Of a DNA stretch of 6,176 nt, positions 6,064 to 6,176 are shown piece after piece. The first letter of the stretch is position 1, and the number at the start of each line of letters is the position of its first letter. A model generated the notes under the pieces. It saw only the letters and a program-made list of their open reading frames with translations. It searched no databases and was not told the DNA's origin. The translations under genes and the position numbers were made by a program. The DNA is from a virus (taxonomy: Duplodnaviria; Heunggongvirae; Uroviricota; Caudoviricetes), in IMG/VR virus record IMGVR_UViG_2671180770_000013. One strand, 5' to 3'.

Positions 6064-6099
6064 AGCCAGCGTCCTTCAGAGTGGGCGCTGGCTTTTTTT
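6064..6099 (+). terminator. plus-strand intrinsic terminator, copy-2 variant
   Basis: AGCCAGCGTCC-TTCAGAGT-GGGCGCTGGCT (11-bp stem with one U-G pair) followed by T7. Flanks match copy 1 but the stem interior differs while still pairing. Confidence 0.5.
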
Positions 6100-6100
6100 A

Positions 6101-6176
6101 TTATGCTGCCGGTGCATTTATCTCCAGCATCAGACTTTCTATCTCAACGCCATACGCTGCATTTTTTGTAACATCC
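6101..6176 (-). CDS. 3' end of unidentified gene X (continues beyond window)
   Basis: Same reading frame and C-terminus as the gene X segment in the chimera ([24 protein letters not shown], one Val-to-Met difference). Stop TAA at 6101-6103. Open to the window edge. Confidence 0.5.
   Translation of the reverse strand, partial: DVTKNAAYGVEIESLMLEINAPAA

Larger units (their letters stand above)
5705..6176. repeat. tandem imperfect direct repeat, copy 2 (runs off the window end)
   Basis: Same alignment as copy 1. Contains the same candidate promoter, a weaker tR'-like hairpin (5865-5889), the holin 5' end, a different but structurally equivalent plus-strand hairpin, and the gene X 3' end. Confidence 0.9.

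Noticed and set aside
1-6176. CRISPR arrays, tRNA or rRNA genes, insertion sequences, integrase or attachment sites
   Set aside because: I found no regularly spaced short repeats, no cloverleaf-like conserved tRNA motifs, and no terminal inverted repeats flanking a transposase-like ORF. The only repeats are the tandem duplication and the cos-region motifs described above.

Overview
This window is the cos-proximal late region of a lambdoid (lambda/phage-21-like mosaic) enterobacterial prophage or phage. All main genes are on the minus strand, in order from high to low coordinates: 3' end of an unidentified gene, a late-promoter/leader region, a phage-21-type lysis cassette (pinholin, SAR endolysin, Rz with embedded Rz1), a Rha-family regulator, the cos site, then terminase small (Nu1-like) and large (gpA-like) subunits. 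A small Arc/Mnt-like ribbon-helix-helix ORF sits on the plus strand next to cos. The most unusual feature is an imperfect tandem duplication of about 684 bp at the right edge, which copies the late leader and the holin 5' end and creates an in-frame chimeric ORF. I see no clear evidence of a novel defence or other undescribed system; everything else matches known phage modules. Protein identifications are from recalled family signatures, not from searches.
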